Shown here: piece after piece, positions 22,515-36,269 of the stretch
Layout of the letters: the number at the start of each line of letters is the position of its first letter
Numbering within the stretch: the stretch's first letter is position 1
Origin: Eledone cirrhosa
Taxonomy: Eukaryota
DNA length: 64,000 nucleotides
NCBI GenBank assembly: GCA_964016885.1
Contig: OZ024741.1
Coordinates: 357,244,001 to 357,308,000, forward strand
Direction: 5' to 3'
Notes under the pieces: model-generated
Databases searched by the model: none
What the model was told of the DNA's origin: nothing
What the model saw: the letters and a program-made list of their open reading frames with translations, nothing else
Position numbers and translations under genes: made by a program

Positions 22515-23315
22515 TAACCTTACATCTCTCGAATATAGATGTTATAAGCTTGTTTAAGTATATCAAATAAATACATTTCCCGAATATAAATGGTATAAGC
22601 GGGTTTAAGTATATCAAACAAACACATTTGAATATTGATGTTATAAGAGTATATAAGTCTATCAAACAACCACATCTCCCGAATATAGGTTTTATAAGAG
22701 TATTTAAATATATCAGACAAACACATCTCCCGAATATAGATGTTATAAGTGTATTTAAGTATATCAAACTAATACATCTCCCGAATATAGATGTTATAAG
22801 CTGGTGTAAGTCTATCAGACAAATACACCTCCCGAATATAGATGTTATAAGCTGGTTTAAGTATATCAAATAAATACATCTCCCGAATATAGATGTTTTA
22901 AGCTGGTTTAAGTATATCAAATAAATACATCTCCCAAATATAGATGTTATAAGCTGGTTTAAGTATATCAAATAAATACATCTCCCAAATATAGATGTTG
23001 TAAGCTGGTTTAAGTCTATCAGACAAATACATCTCCCGAATATAGATGTTATAAGCTGGTTTATGTATATCAAACACATTTCCTGAATATAGATGTTATA
23101 AGCTGGTTTAAATATATGAAGCAAAGGCTTACATCTAAATATAGATATGATAAACTGGTTTAAGTATATCAAACACATTTCCTGAATATAGATGTTATAA
23201 GCTGGTTTATGTATATCAAATAAACACATCTCCCGAATATAGATGTTTTAAGCTGGTTTATCATACAAACACTTACATCTCAATAATATAAGTGTTATAA
23301 TCTGGTTTATGTATA
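22515..23315. repeat. 51-bp minisatellite, about 15 copies, each with an acatct-N9-agatgt hairpin
   Basis: Unit aatacatctcccgaatatagatgttataagctggtttaagtatatcaaata. Equivalent positions at 22826, 22877 and 22928 show a 51-bp period. Confidence 0.95.
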
Positions 23316-25832
23316 TGACCTGGAATTTTTTACATTAATAATTTTTACAATTTTGAATTTTTCTTTATAATTATGTTTTAAGTGATTTATTTCACTTTTT
23401 CCATCTCCCCCAATAATATTTTTTGAAAGTTAATGGTTGAGTAAACTTTCATATATATATATAGCATTGTGTATGACATCTTTGACGAGGTTTTTTTAGT
23501 CCATGTCTTTTAACCCTTTTGTTACTAAATTTTTAATGTAAAACACTGCCTATTATTTTCAATTCATTTTGAAAATAATATGGAATTTGGAAGGATTTAG
23601 TAATATAACTAACTTCCCATTATTAAGCCAGTATTTGGAACATAAAGCATTTTATATAAATTATGATGGAAAGTTTTTAGATAAATATAAACACTTAAAA
23701 ATAAACAACTTTATATTGTTGAATTATGTAGTTTCAAAAAGATTTTTTTGATTTTTTTAATGTATTTTTTTCTTCACTATCTTGTTCCACTTTTCTCTGT
23801 CTGTCTGTGTGGAGGAAATTTGGCCTGATATCCCCATAACATTTTTTTAATTATATACCTTGAAGCAGTGCTGGAGTATAAGTGTGTTTACTTATTTGTA
23901 AGTAAACATTTCTGTTTTGAATTTTCAACATGAATAATGTTTTACATTTTTGAAATTTTTCTGTATAAAATGTTTTGAGTGATTTATTTCACTTTCATCT
24001 CCCGAAAATATTGTATCTAAAAGTTATTGTTTGAAAGTTTAATAGTTATATTGGAGTGTTACTATAACAACACCCCTAACCTTTCCACAAATACTGCATT
24101 CTGTGACTTTCTTTGTATTTTCTTTTTGATCTTGTGTGTTGTAATCATTTTTTTTATGTAGCAGAATTATTAGAATATTATACAAAATGTGTTATGGCAT
24201 TTATTCTGGGTCTGTACGTTCTGAGTTAAAATTTTGCTGAGGCCAACTTTGCCCTTCATCTTTTGAGGTTTGATAAAATACCAGTGAAGGACTGGTGTGA
24301 GATGAAAGTTGATTTAATCCAGTTTCCTCTTTCCCTAATTTGCTGACCTTGTGCCTAAAATATAAACTATTATTTTTCCTGTTCACTTTTTTGTTTTCTC
24401 TTCAGTGATAGAAATGAGTTTAAGGAACTGGAGGGTATGCCATGATGTCTGAGGCTGGAGGTGGGAAGGATGATGTGGTTGACACTATAAGCTCCTCTCA
24501 TCCAAGTCAATGAGAAACTGAAAAATAGTGGGACGTCTGACTTCCCTCCAGCACTTCACCACCACCATTTCCATCACTGCTAATCTTATCACCGTAGATT
24601 GATGAATCAGCAGTTTAACCCTTTCATTAACATTTCTAATGAAAGACACTGCTTTTATTTTCATATCATTTTGAAAATAATCAAAAATTTAGAGGGATTT
24701 GCTAAATATAACTAACATTCTTTTTCTTAACCTGGTGATTGGAACATAACTTAATAAAGGTTCTTACTGAATTATGATAGGTCTTTAGATAAATATAAAC
24801 ACTTAAACAGTTCTGAACTATGGGTTGTTTCAGACTGTTTTTGTATCAAATGGCTTTGTAGTTATTGTTTGATAGGCTTGGTCAGTTCTGTTAAAATTGA
24901 CACAGAGCAGGAACTGATTGACAGACATATTTGACGATCATTTCTAGCCCTGACTTACCTCTTTATACTGGGTTGGGCTATTTTTATGGTTTAAACTTAC
25001 AACTGGTAACATGATTGAGCAAGTCCATGAACTGTGTAACTGTCTACTTGCCCTAAGAGTTTTTTAGTTGCCTCCCTGCCCTTTTTTACAAAAATCATTG
25101 AAGATTAAGTTAATTGTTTCTACTTTAGGCACAAGGCCAGCGATTTGGGGGTGGGGGGGGAGTTGATTAAATCGATCTCATAAGGATGAAAGGCAAAGCT
25201 AACTTCGGCTGGATTTGAACTAAGATCGTAAAATGGCGTAACCCTATGCCATAAAGCATATTGTCCGATGCTCTACCGATACTGCCAATCTACTGCTCTT
25301 TTGATTTGTTCTGACACTAGGTGTAATTTTATTAATTCAAATTTTGGAGTTGTCTCCCCTCCTTTTTTGGTCAGAATTAATATCATTATATTAATATTTT
25401 TCTCCATTATTGATGTAATTTGATTAAAATTTCTTGGCCCATTACATTAGCAACACCATAAACTAAATAATGGAACAATTTCATTTTATTAATGTGCTAT
25501 ATGTATGACAGTTCCAACAACAAATTTTTCATTTGATATGATCAGCAGAAGAGCCTGCTTGTGAAATTAATGTGCCAGTGGCTGAGCATTCCACAAAAAC
25601 GTGTACCCTTAATTTATTCTAAGGGAGATTCAGCATAACACAGTGTATGAAAAGGCTGGCCTTTTGAATTACAAGTACAACTCATTTTTGACAGCTGAGT
25701 GAACTGAAGCAATGCAAAATAAAATGCCTTGCTGAAGGACACAGCATGTTGCTTGGAATTGAACTCACAAATTTATGAGCATGACTGAATTACCCTAACC
25801 AAACCACATGTCTTCATTTACTATATATATAT

Positions 25833-26208
25833 TATCATCATCATCACCGTTTTACATCCATTCTTCCACGCTAGCATGGTTGTCCTGTTGTGGGCAGTGC
25901 CCGGTCAGCTGACCTTGTCTTGCTCATATGGGAACCTATTTTGGCTCGATTTCTACAGTTGGATACCCTTCCTAACACCAACTTCATTTACAGTGAATGC
26001 TGGGTGCTCTTTTTCCGTGGCATGGGGGCATATTGTCTATATGCTTCAGCTTTGGCTTGTACCTGTGGGAAGTCAGGTCTTCTGTATTACTGCGTGATGC
26101 CAGAGGTCATGGTCCTGCATCATCACCTTTGAGATGTGCAATTGGGTAAGGTCGTTTTTTATCACCTCATCCCAGGTCTTCTTGGGTCTACTCACTTCAC
26201 GGCTTCCA
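25833..26208 (-). mobile_element. Short, internally deleted RTE 3'-end copy
   Basis: Colinear with 14606-15085 apart from deletions; adjacent to (TA)n. Confidence 0.85.
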
Positions 26209-26295
26209 ACTGAATATGCATGTGTATTTTTTCTCAATTTATTTTTGTTCCTACGTCTTCTCTCTATCTTTCTATTTCATCTTTTATTTCTCATT

Positions 26296-26336
26296 CTATC
26301 TTCTGATGAAGGACTAATGTCCGAAACGTTAAAACT
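26296..26336 (+). ncRNA. Minimal hammerhead-like motif in a Penelope-type relic
   Basis: CTGATGA(26303-26309)-a-ggac-taat-gtcc-GAAA-cgtt. Perfect 4-bp helix II and palindromic aacgtt helix III; helix I is weak. Confidence 0.6.
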
Positions 26337-29017
26337 CTTTTTATTATTTCAAGAGTTAAACTAATATAACTCTTCATTGTACTGTCATTTGCTTTGTTAT
26401 TTTTGTTTACTTTATATATATAGCAAGACACTTCATTTTACATTCCTCCAGTTTTCTCAGCTGAAAAAAAAAATGAGTACTAGTGGCAGCTAGAGGTTGA
26501 CTCTGTAATAGACTGACATTCTGCTAGTCTTGTGCTCTCAGTCACATAACACCAAATAAACTGGGTTAAGCTGCAGCCTGATAATTCAAGTTTACTCCAA
26601 ACTAGGTTTGTTGTTTACAACAAAAGATATTTCTTCAAAATTTCCTCAGTTTATTGCATACCAAATGCCAACATCACCAGTTACACCTCAGAGTGTTTGG
26701 CATTGGTAGAATCATGAGAGCATCAGACAAATGCTTTGTAGTATTTGTTCTGGCTCTTTACGTTCTGTGTACAAATCCTTCTGAGGTCAATTTTGCCTTT
26801 CATCCTTTCAGGTATTGATAAAATAAAGTACTTGTCAAGTACTGTGGTCAATATAATCGATTTACCTCTTCCTCTAATTGCTGGTCTTGTGTCTAAATTA
26901 TAACCCATTATTCCAAGTTTATTTTCTTTTTAAATAGTTTTATCGGTGTTAATTTGTTTAGAAATTATTATTATTTGTAAAACCCTTTATTGAAATTATT
27001 CATGTATTAGCTTACGCCAGAGGCATCTCTAGCAATATCATTAACATTGTTTTTATAACACAATTGGAGCTTTGTTTTATAACTTTGAATATGTTTTCAA
27101 CTTTCAGTTTTTATTTTTCTTATTTGTTTTCAATAAAACACTTTTTTTTATATCAAACCACTTGAAACTGCCCCTCACCTCTACAATGCAGAACTGTTTA
27201 TTTTATCATAATTTTATATAAGAACCTGTTATGTTCCAAACACCAAATAAATGATAATAAAATTTTCTGCATTACTAAATCTGACCAAATTTTTTATTAT
27301 TTACAAAATTCTTTGAAAACCACAATGCATTTTTTTTAGAAATATGGTGACAGAAGAGTTAAAACTCATAAAGTATGTTTAATTTTTAAGAATAAAGTTA
27401 CATCAATTTGACAAACTTTTTTCATTAGTAAAATAAACTGTTTAGCTTTATTGTTATCATATTTCTGATAATACACTGCCAGCATGTTTAAATCAATTTT
27501 GAAAATAAAAAAAACCTGGAGGAATTTTTCATTAAGCCGATGTTTGCAACATGACTTGAAAAAGGATTTACATAAAATTAGGCTGGTTGCTTTCAATATA
27601 AACATTGTAAAGCAAGCAGTTTTGTATCAGTCAACTGGTGGTAGTTTCAAGCAAGTTGATATCAAAAAGGTTGAAACTTATAATCTCATTGAGTTCTTTT
27701 TGTATGTTTTTCAAAATAAAGTATGTATGTTTTTTAAGAATAAAGCTTTAAACATTCAAATTATTTGTTTTGTGTTTAATACTTCTTTTTATTCACTTTG
27801 TTTTATATCCATGTCCCAAATCAAGATTCCACATTTGTCTTGGAATGGTTGACATACATTTTAGTCACAAGTCTATGTACAAAAACATGTTTAACTCTTT
27901 AGCATTTACATTACTCTATATTTATTATTGTTTTTTCACGATAACTACTTTATTTCACTTAATTATATCACAAGAAAAGTCTAGCTTCCAAGAAAACTCT
28001 CACAACCCAGTGACATAGCTACGATGAGGCGAATAAACGCCGCTTCTAAAAAAGCCTAGTCTTCATGGGTTTGACAAGTACCAGATTGGTGACTGATGCG
28101 AATAAGACCACTGAAACTGATGAAACTCCATTATGTAATAATATTTTTTACCAATTTTTTACCATTTTGAAGGCCATATTCATTCAAAACATCAAAAACA
28201 ATATAAAATATAAAAAGTGAAACTGGTGTAATATTCATATCCAAAGCGAAAATATTTTAACACTTCATTTATGTAGAATTTTGAAGTTGCTGAAAATCAA
28301 CAAAATATTGACCTCACATATAAGCTGAGCCCCATTTTACCATCAATTTCTTTTTTGTCACATATTTGTAGACTTATATACAAGTATATGCGATATACAA
28401 AATATGCATCCATATGGAATGGACTTCCATCGGTTTCAGTGCTGAATAGTTTAGTTGTTTGATCTGCTCATGAAATTAATGTGTATGAAAGAATGAGACA
28501 AAAGTCATGTGAGGAGAAAGTGGTCATGGGTACTGTTTAACATTTATTCTCCATGCTTGCATGAGTTAGATAGATTGTCACGTTCTGAGACTAGACTGGT
28601 CATGACCATGTCTTCCTCATATGTTCCATTTTGGCATGGTTTTTACAGCTGGATACCCTTCTTAATGCCAACCACTTCACAGTGTGTAATGTGTGTTCTT
28701 CAATTCTGGGACTGGGTTTTGCATTGTGTTCTTGAGAAAGACACTATTTCACATTGCTCCAGTTCACTCAGCTGTAGAAATGAGTTGCGACATCCCTGGT
28801 GCAAAGCTGTATCGGCTATTGCCTTTCCCTTGGACAACATTAGTGGCATGGAGAGGGGAGGCTGGTATGCTTGGGTGACTGCTGGTTTTCCACAAACAAC
28901 TTTGCCTGGACTTGTGCCCTGGAGGAGAACTTTCTAGGTGCAAATCCTATGGTCATTTGTGACTGAAGGGGGTCTTGTTGGGGTCCTGACTCTTTTCCTA
29001 TATATATATATATATAT

Positions 29018-31572
29018 CATCATCATCATCATCATCAACGTTTAACGTCCGTGTTCCACGCTTGCATGGGTTTGGACGGGGGTAGTCCCACTTGAGGCAA
29101 GCTCGCATAGGACTGTCTGGCAGGTTTTCTACAGTTGGATGCCCTTCCTAACACCAACCACATTTACAGTGTGGGTCTGGGAGGTTTTTACCGTGTTGCC
29201 TACACGGCCACATTACAGCGTGGACTGTGTGTTTTTTTTTTGTCGTGACACCTACACGATCTCATTTGTTTCGGCCTGGATGGCGCGGCACCAACATAAC
29301 TTTACATAGAACGGGGTGGTGGCGGGACGGGGTGTATTTTGTTAGAGATGCCTACTGGCAAGGCGGGTCTTCTCTGTTACTGAGTACCGCCAAAGGTCTC
29401 GGTCCAGTGACATTGTCTTGGAGAGGTGTAAGTGTGTGAGGTCGGAGTTTATCAGCTCATCCCATGTTTTTCTAGGTCTGCCTATTCCGTGGCTACCGTC
29501 TATCTTTATTGCCCTGCACTTTGTTATACAGCTATCGACTTTCATACGCATCACGTGTCCATACCAACGCAGCCTTCTCTCGAGTAAACAACATCTGATC
29601 CCTCTTATCTCTAATTTTTTCCTTAGTTCGTTTATGCTTTGCCGTTCACGTATATTACTGTTACACATCCAGCGCAGCATGCAAGCTTCGTTCCTCTCTA
29701 GTCTGCGTATATCCTCTGCACACAATGCCCAGGTCTCACTACCATGCAACATTGCTGTTCGTATGCAGGCATCGTACAACCTGCCTTTCATTTTTAGGGA
29801 GAACCCTTTAGCAGCTAATAGTGGTATAAGCTCTCTGAACTTTTTCCAACCAGTTCTGACTCTAGCTACAGTACTTTCAGAGCACCCTCCCCCACTGCTG
29901 ATTTTATCGCCCAGGTAACGGAAGCTGTCCACTATTTCTATAGAACCCTCTGCGCAATTGAAAGAGCTAGTATTTTGTGGGCACTTGCTGCTACTTATTG
30001 CACCAGAACACCGGCCACATGTAAAATCTATGTTCTTAGTTAGCTTACCTGTGATCCCACTACATCTTTTATGCACCCATACTTTGCATTTAGGACATAA
30101 AATGGAGTTTCTACCTACGCCTTTCCTACACACCGAGCACGACCATTTCCCAGAAGGGACCGCCGCCTTGTTTTCTTTCCTACAAACTAGAACTTTGGTC
30201 TTAGCCAGGTTAATTTTAAGTCCTTTTGACTCTAGGCCGTGCTTCCATGTTTGGAATTTCTTCTCTAGCTCGGCCATTGATTCCGCTATGAGTGTCAGGT
30301 CGTCTGCGTATAGGAGTTCCCATGGGCAGCCTGTCTTGAACTCCTCTGTTATAGCCTGAAGGGCAATAATAAATAGTAGGGGGCTGAGAACAGAGCCCTG
30401 ATGGACGCCAACTTTTACGCTAAACTCTTCACTATATTCGTTGTTAATTCTAACCTTGCTGACTGTTTCTTTATACATGGCTTGTATAGCCCTCACAAGC
30501 CATTCGTCAACGCCTAGTTTTCTAAGAGCCCACCAGATAATGGAGCGGGGGACTCTGTCGAAGGCTTTCTCCAGGTCGACAAAAGCTAAGTAGAGGGGTC
30601 TACCTTTAGCTAGGTACTTCTCCTGTAGTTGTCGTACTATGAAAAGGGCGTCTGTGGTGCTTTTGCCTGACACAAACCCGAACTGCATTTCATCTAGGTC
30701 AATTCTCTCTCTGATTAGTTGCGCTATTACTTTTTCCGTGACCTTCATGACCTGGTCGATTAATTTAATGCCTCTATAGTTACTTCTATCTAGGGCGTCT
30801 CCTTTACCCTTATAACAGTTAACGATGATGCTGCTATGCCAGTCCTCCGGAACAACCCCATTCTGTACGACTTGGTTAACTATGCGGGTGACCATGGTGT
30901 GTCCCACCGTGCCAGATGCCTTCAGCATCTCAGCAACTATTTCCGAAGGCCCAGCCGCCTTACCCGTCTTCATATCCTTGATTGCCTTACTTATTATACT
31001 CCCCTCGACTAACACTGCTGGTCCCTCTATCGGGTCGATATGGGGGAGACTGTCTTTCTCCCATTTATTCTCCTCATTTAGTAGCCTTTCATAGTGACAC
31101 TTCCAAGCTACCTTCTTATCAGTGTCGGTGATGGCAAGTATGCCATCATCGTTAAGTACACACTTCTCCCCGACAATATCACGGTTTTCCTTGACGCATT
31201 GCCTGGCAATCCTGAACACCTCACGTTTTTGGTCATCGCGTTGTAGAACATGCTTGAACTTTCTTTCCTCAGCTTCCCTTCTTGCTAAGTACACTTCTCT
31301 CCTAGCTTCCCTCCTGGCCACTTGATAGTCTACTCTACTTCCCCCATCCCGCCATACTTTCCAAGCCTGCTTTTTGGCCTTAATTGACCCCTCCACCCTA
31401 CTGTTCCACCACCAAGTTACTCTCCTCCTGCCTACAGGCCTGCTCCAGCCACAGACTTCGTCTGTCGCCAACAGCAGGTTTGCTTTCAGAAATTCCCACT
31501 GTCCCTCTATATTGTCCGATTCTAGATGCTCTTCCTTACTGTCGAAAGCATCAAGTAATATGCTTTGAAATT
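29018..31572 (-). mobile_element. RTE-clade LINE (second subfamily), 5'-truncated, 709-aa uninterrupted ORF
   Basis: TWWWN linker, RT motifs (FVDLEKAFD, GVHQGSVLSP, LYADDL), C4HC3 PHD finger, GRPRKTW. (GAT)n tail; (TA)n on both flanks. No endonuclease domain is present. Confidence 0.95.
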
Positions 31573-32035
31573 TATTTCTATATATATATATATATATATT
31601 TATATGATTGTAATCAGAAGTAACATTTTTTACTTAGACTTTTTACATTTCTGGTGATGGCATGTGCCTATTGGGCTCTCAATCGTAGAGCCATGTACTA
31701 GTCAGTGCATTGTGTCTTTGTGCAAGGATTGTACTCTCCATCACTTGATGTCAATGAAACCAGGAATAAGCTCCAGTCTGGAGATATGTGACAGACTTTA
31801 ACTTTTACACATTTAGTTGACAATAATCACTATATACTCAAATATAAGCTAACCTATTTTATGCTTGAGAAATGAGCAAAAACTCAAACCCCATTTAAAA
31901 GCCGAGGCAGTTAATCAACACATTATGTTTAGAAGCTGTGGTTTTGAAATTCGTATGTGTATGAATTGCATTTATGAAGTTTTAATATTTTGATGTTTAA
32001 AATGTTTTAAGTATCGTTTTGAGTATAGTTTCTGT

Positions 32036-33455
32036 TTCACAACCCCTGTATTGCCAAACTGATGGAATCCTGTGTCAGAGAAACACTTTGGAACTTCTGG
32101 AGCTCTCACAGCCTCATCCGGCCCTCGCAGTTTGGATTTATCCCTAACTCCAGCTGCTGTAATCAGCTTATCGAGTTCCTTGAAGACATTACCCGGATCA
32201 CTGACAGCGGCTCATGGGTGGATGTTGTTTACCTTGACTTCGCTAAGGCTTTTAATTCTATGCCACACAAAAGACTTATGGCGAAACTCTCTGCAATGGG
32301 TGTGAAGGATGATCTTTTTAACTGGTTGAAATCCTTCATTCTCAGCCAAAAAGAGGTAGTTACGGTTTTAAGACAGCATTCTTCACCATATGAGATGTCA
32401 TCTGGTGTACCACAGGGATCTGTTCTTGGTCCCCTTTTGTTGCATACATTAATGACATAGATGCCAACTTAAAGAATGCCACAATACTGAAATATGCAGA
32501 TGACATCAAGCTGTACCTTGAAATCAAAAGGACTGATCCTGAAATCTACAACTCTTTCCTACAATCAGACCTGGACACAATGCAGCAATGGATCACAGAC
32601 TGGCAACTGAAGCTGGCTGTGGACAAGTGTACCACCATGCATTTTGGGAGGAAAAATCCAGCGTCCACATACTCCCTCCACAACACTGATATCAAGAAGT
32701 CCTCTTGTGAATGTAACCTGGGCATTACTGTCAGCAGCGATTTGCGTTGGACAAAGCACATCTCTAAAATTGTCAAGAAGGCCGAGATGTCTTGGCATCA
32801 TTCAGCAAGACCTTTGTTAGCCGCTCTCCAGCCATCTATTTAAAGCTGTATACAGCTATGATACGACCACACTTGGAATTCGCATCATCAGCCTGGAACC
32901 CCTATCTTGCTCAGAACATTGACCTCCTGGAAACTGTTCAGAGATGTGCAACCAAGCGCATACCCTCCATCAGACACCTACCATACTCTGAACGCCTTGC
33001 TTCCCTGGGCATGCATGGATTCATTGAAGCTCCAACGTCTGGCAATGGACTTGGTAAACACCCACAAAGTTATTAACTTTCTCGCCAACAACAACCCTGA
33101 GCACTTTTTTGATCTCCGTATCTAACACACGTGGACATGCCTACAAAGTCAGAAAACAGCACAGTTCCCATGACTTTCGGAAACATTTTTTCACGCTTAG
33201 AGTTGCTGAAGCATGGAACAAACTGCCTGCGTCAGTTGTTAGCTGTCGAGACACTGCATCCTTTAAAACACTCATGCTTCCCAAAATTCGCCAAAACTAC
33301 ACCTGATGTCCCCCTTCCACACACATGCACACATGACTCATGCACTGTTCATTTTCCTGACGTTTGTACATTATCCTATGTACTATACATACACTTTTGA
33401 TGAGTTGTGGTGCACCTGAGGACTGTACACAATATTTTCATTATTATCATTATTA
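32036..33455 (+). mobile_element. CR1-clade LINE, 5'-truncated, frameshifted
   Basis: QFGF, VDVVYLDFAKAFN, SGVPQGSVLGPLL, KYADDIKL, and the same C-terminus and (ATT/ATC)n tail as 1-978. Confidence 0.92.
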
Positions 33456-33875
33456 TGTAATGAGTTTCCATATGTTAAATTTCAACAAGTTTCTGGAATT
33501 TTGGTTTACTACATGCTGGGAGTACTTTCAAAGCAAGAGATCGAATAAGAGAGCTTTGAATAGGAAATCATAAAGTGGACGAGTGAGGAGAGGTAGAGTG
33601 AGAAAAAGAGAGGGTGAAAACAAGAAAATCAAATCAAAAGTAAGATTTCAATCTTAACTAAAAATGAAAGAAAAAGTATTAAGTCAAAGAAAATTATGTG
33701 TGTATGTGTAGGAGATATTTATGTATTAAAAAGTTCAAATTATAAATATTTGTTGGAAATATTTTCAAGGGAATGCATAAATAACACAAATGACGATGTA
33801 AATGTAGAAAAACTGGTTCATTGTAAAATAATCATTTTAGATATTTTCTTATATACATAAGAACCACTAAGCCAT

Positions 33876-34020
33876 GGAGGCACATGGCTTAGTGGTTAGA
33901 GCATTGGCCTTGCAATTGAAAGGTTGTGAGTTCAATTCTCAGACTGGGTGATGTGTTGTTTCCTTAAGCAAGACACTTTATTTCACATTGCTTCAGTTTA
34001 CTCAGCTGTAGAAATGAGAT
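33876..34020 (+). mobile_element. tRNA-derived SINE head (second family); representative copy
   Basis: Box A TGGCTTAGTGG, box B GAGTTCAATTC, then cttaagcaagacactttatttcacattgct...actcagctgtagaaatgag. Relatives at about 12330, 20165, 26420, 28700 and 38258 (+), and 47950 and 51472 (-). Confidence 0.75.
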
Positions 34021-34051
34021 GATAGGGACTGGGGTCCCTATCATTCCACTG

Positions 34052-34220
34052 AAAAGTGGTCGTGGAGGTGCCACAGCAAAAAAAGCACCCAGCACTCACT
34101 GTAAATGAGGTTGGTGTTAGGAAGGGCATCCAGCTGTAGAAATCAAGCCAGAATGAGTTCCCGTCCCACCCTTGCAAGCAGGGAAAAGTGGACATAAAAT
34201 GATGATGATGATGATGATGA
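34052..34220 (+). mobile_element. RTE 3'-tail fragment
   Basis: gtggtcgtggaggtgccac...gttggtgttaggaagggcatccagctgtagaaatc...(gat)n, as at 55158-55420. Confidence 0.8.
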
Positions 34221-36269
34221 CATGGAATTTGAAGTTGGTGAAATCAGCAAAATATTGACCCCGAATATAAGCTGCTTCATCTCCATCTTACCATTGATTT
34301 TTTGGTCACATGTTTCTCAGATTATATTTGAGTATATACAATATGTTTCCTGTGTCAAAAACATGACAAACTTCCTCGGTAAGGCACTTGATTGTATATG
34401 AGTTGTGAGCTGCCAACCCATCTGAGTACGTGATAATGTGTAGGAACATAAGCCAGATGAAAGTTCCTGGCCCACCCATGGGGTCAGTAGCTCTGAGTTC
34501 TATTTACCATATGTCCAACCTGCACTAGCAAAGAAATCAGATTTCAGCGATGAAGATGATGAAGGTGATCAACAAATATATTCTTTATAATTTATATAGA
34601 TTCAAACTTGTTAACGAATTTTGGAACTGTCATATATGCTCTTGGGGAGTTTCAATACTAAAAATTAGTATACAGCAAATTTAAATGTTTTTTTTTTAAA
34701 ATACAGTATCAGAGTTTCAGTTTTTAAAATATTAAGGAAAGTGTGTGGCATTATATTGCAATTTTGAAGAATTATCATTGAAGTTATTTTTCTTGTTTGT
34801 TTTAGTTGAACTGTATGGTTTGGATGAAAAGGCCAACAAGAAAACAATGACCAGTGAAATAAAATATATGACATAGGTGTGTGCCATCGATAATAGATGT
34901 TCCCAGTTCATCTTTGAAGTGTCCATATCTGGTGAAATTACTTGCAGATTTCTACCCTTCAGAAGCTTCCAAAAGATTGTGGTTGTGGCAATCTAGAAAT
35001 AAAGAAATATTTTCAAATAGCTGTATTTTTGTTGTTGAAATTATGTATGTATGTATGTATGGAGTCATAGGGGTACTATAGTGAAGTACAGTGTGTCATA
35101 GGCATTCTAAACCTGGCGGAACCATCCCCTTTCTAGATCTGACTACAGTCAATATTTTTCAGAGAAGGAGAGAGAGTGATAAAGAGGAAATGAGAAAGAG
35201 ATAGAGAGGTAGAATCGTGCTATTTTTATTGACTTCAAAAGGATGAAAGGCAAAGTTGACCCAGTGGGATTTAAACTCAGTGCAGAGAGCTGAAACAAAT
35301 ACTGCAAAATATTCTTTCCAACATTCTAACAACTTCGTCAATTCACCACCTTATGTTGGTATATTTGCATCAAGTTGAAATTAGCTCATATTATTTTGAA
35401 GATAATTTTCTAAGAATGGTCTGGTGGATGAGTGGAGTGAGTATCACTGAGAGGAAGACAAACAATAATTGCAGAGAATGATGGAAAAAGAACCAGTGTT
35501 GAATGTTGCGAAGAGAAATTGAATAAGATGGCTGAGTCATTTGTTGGGGAAGCACAACGGTGAGTAGGCAGAAGTGATAGAAAGGAAGTGGAAAACTAAG
35601 AAAAACAATGATGGAAGAGGAAATGAGAACCAGGAAGTTGGTGTATGGGGATGCAGAGAACAAGGAAAAATGGAGAAGCTTGTTATAGAGTCAATATGGC
35701 TAACTACAGTTTTAACAGGGAAAATGGCCTTAAAACACTTGTTGCCCTTGTCTTAAGATTACAGAGATCTAAGCTATAGATTTAAGTGTTTTATGAAGCA
35801 GGCAAGAGATTTGAGGATACCAACTCCCTTCAACCCGTCAGTCTTGGAGACTGAAAAGGCTCACGAGCACTGCACTTCCATCCATGACTAAATAGTTAAA
35901 AAATCCTGTCAACTATTATTTTTATATAATTAAAAGAATATTTATTCTTCACATAATTGTTTCTGCTTTTGGCACAAGGCCAGCAATTACCCCAGTGCAT
36001 TACTGGAGCTTTATTTTATCGACCCTGTAAGGATGGAAGGCAAATTTAACTATGGTGGAATTTGAACTCAGAACGTAAAGGGTCATAACTCTATGCCACA
36101 AAGCATAATTAAAAGTATATTAATCTGATAGAATAATACCAATTTTCAAGTAACTTTTGCTTTGCTAGAAGTGGCTGTGCTCATTGCTTTTGCAATCCTT
36201 CCAAAATTGGTGGGATCAGTGAAGTTAATGTTTCTCCTTCATATTTGACAGCTGCAGAGAGGAAATTCC

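Noticed and set aside
22515-23315. CRISPR-like array of palindromic repeats; 255-aa ORF 22462-23229
   Set aside because: There are no unique spacers (whole units are homologous), no cas genes, and the context is eukaryotic. The ORF is a by-product of a 51-bp unit.
23343-24032. Diverged ~95-bp direct repeat (about 23343-23440 and 23940-24032)
   Set aside because: An AT-rich local duplication with no evident structure or coding capacity.
33876-33950. tRNA gene
   Set aside because: It has box A/B but no good cloverleaf, and it continues into a repeated SINE body.
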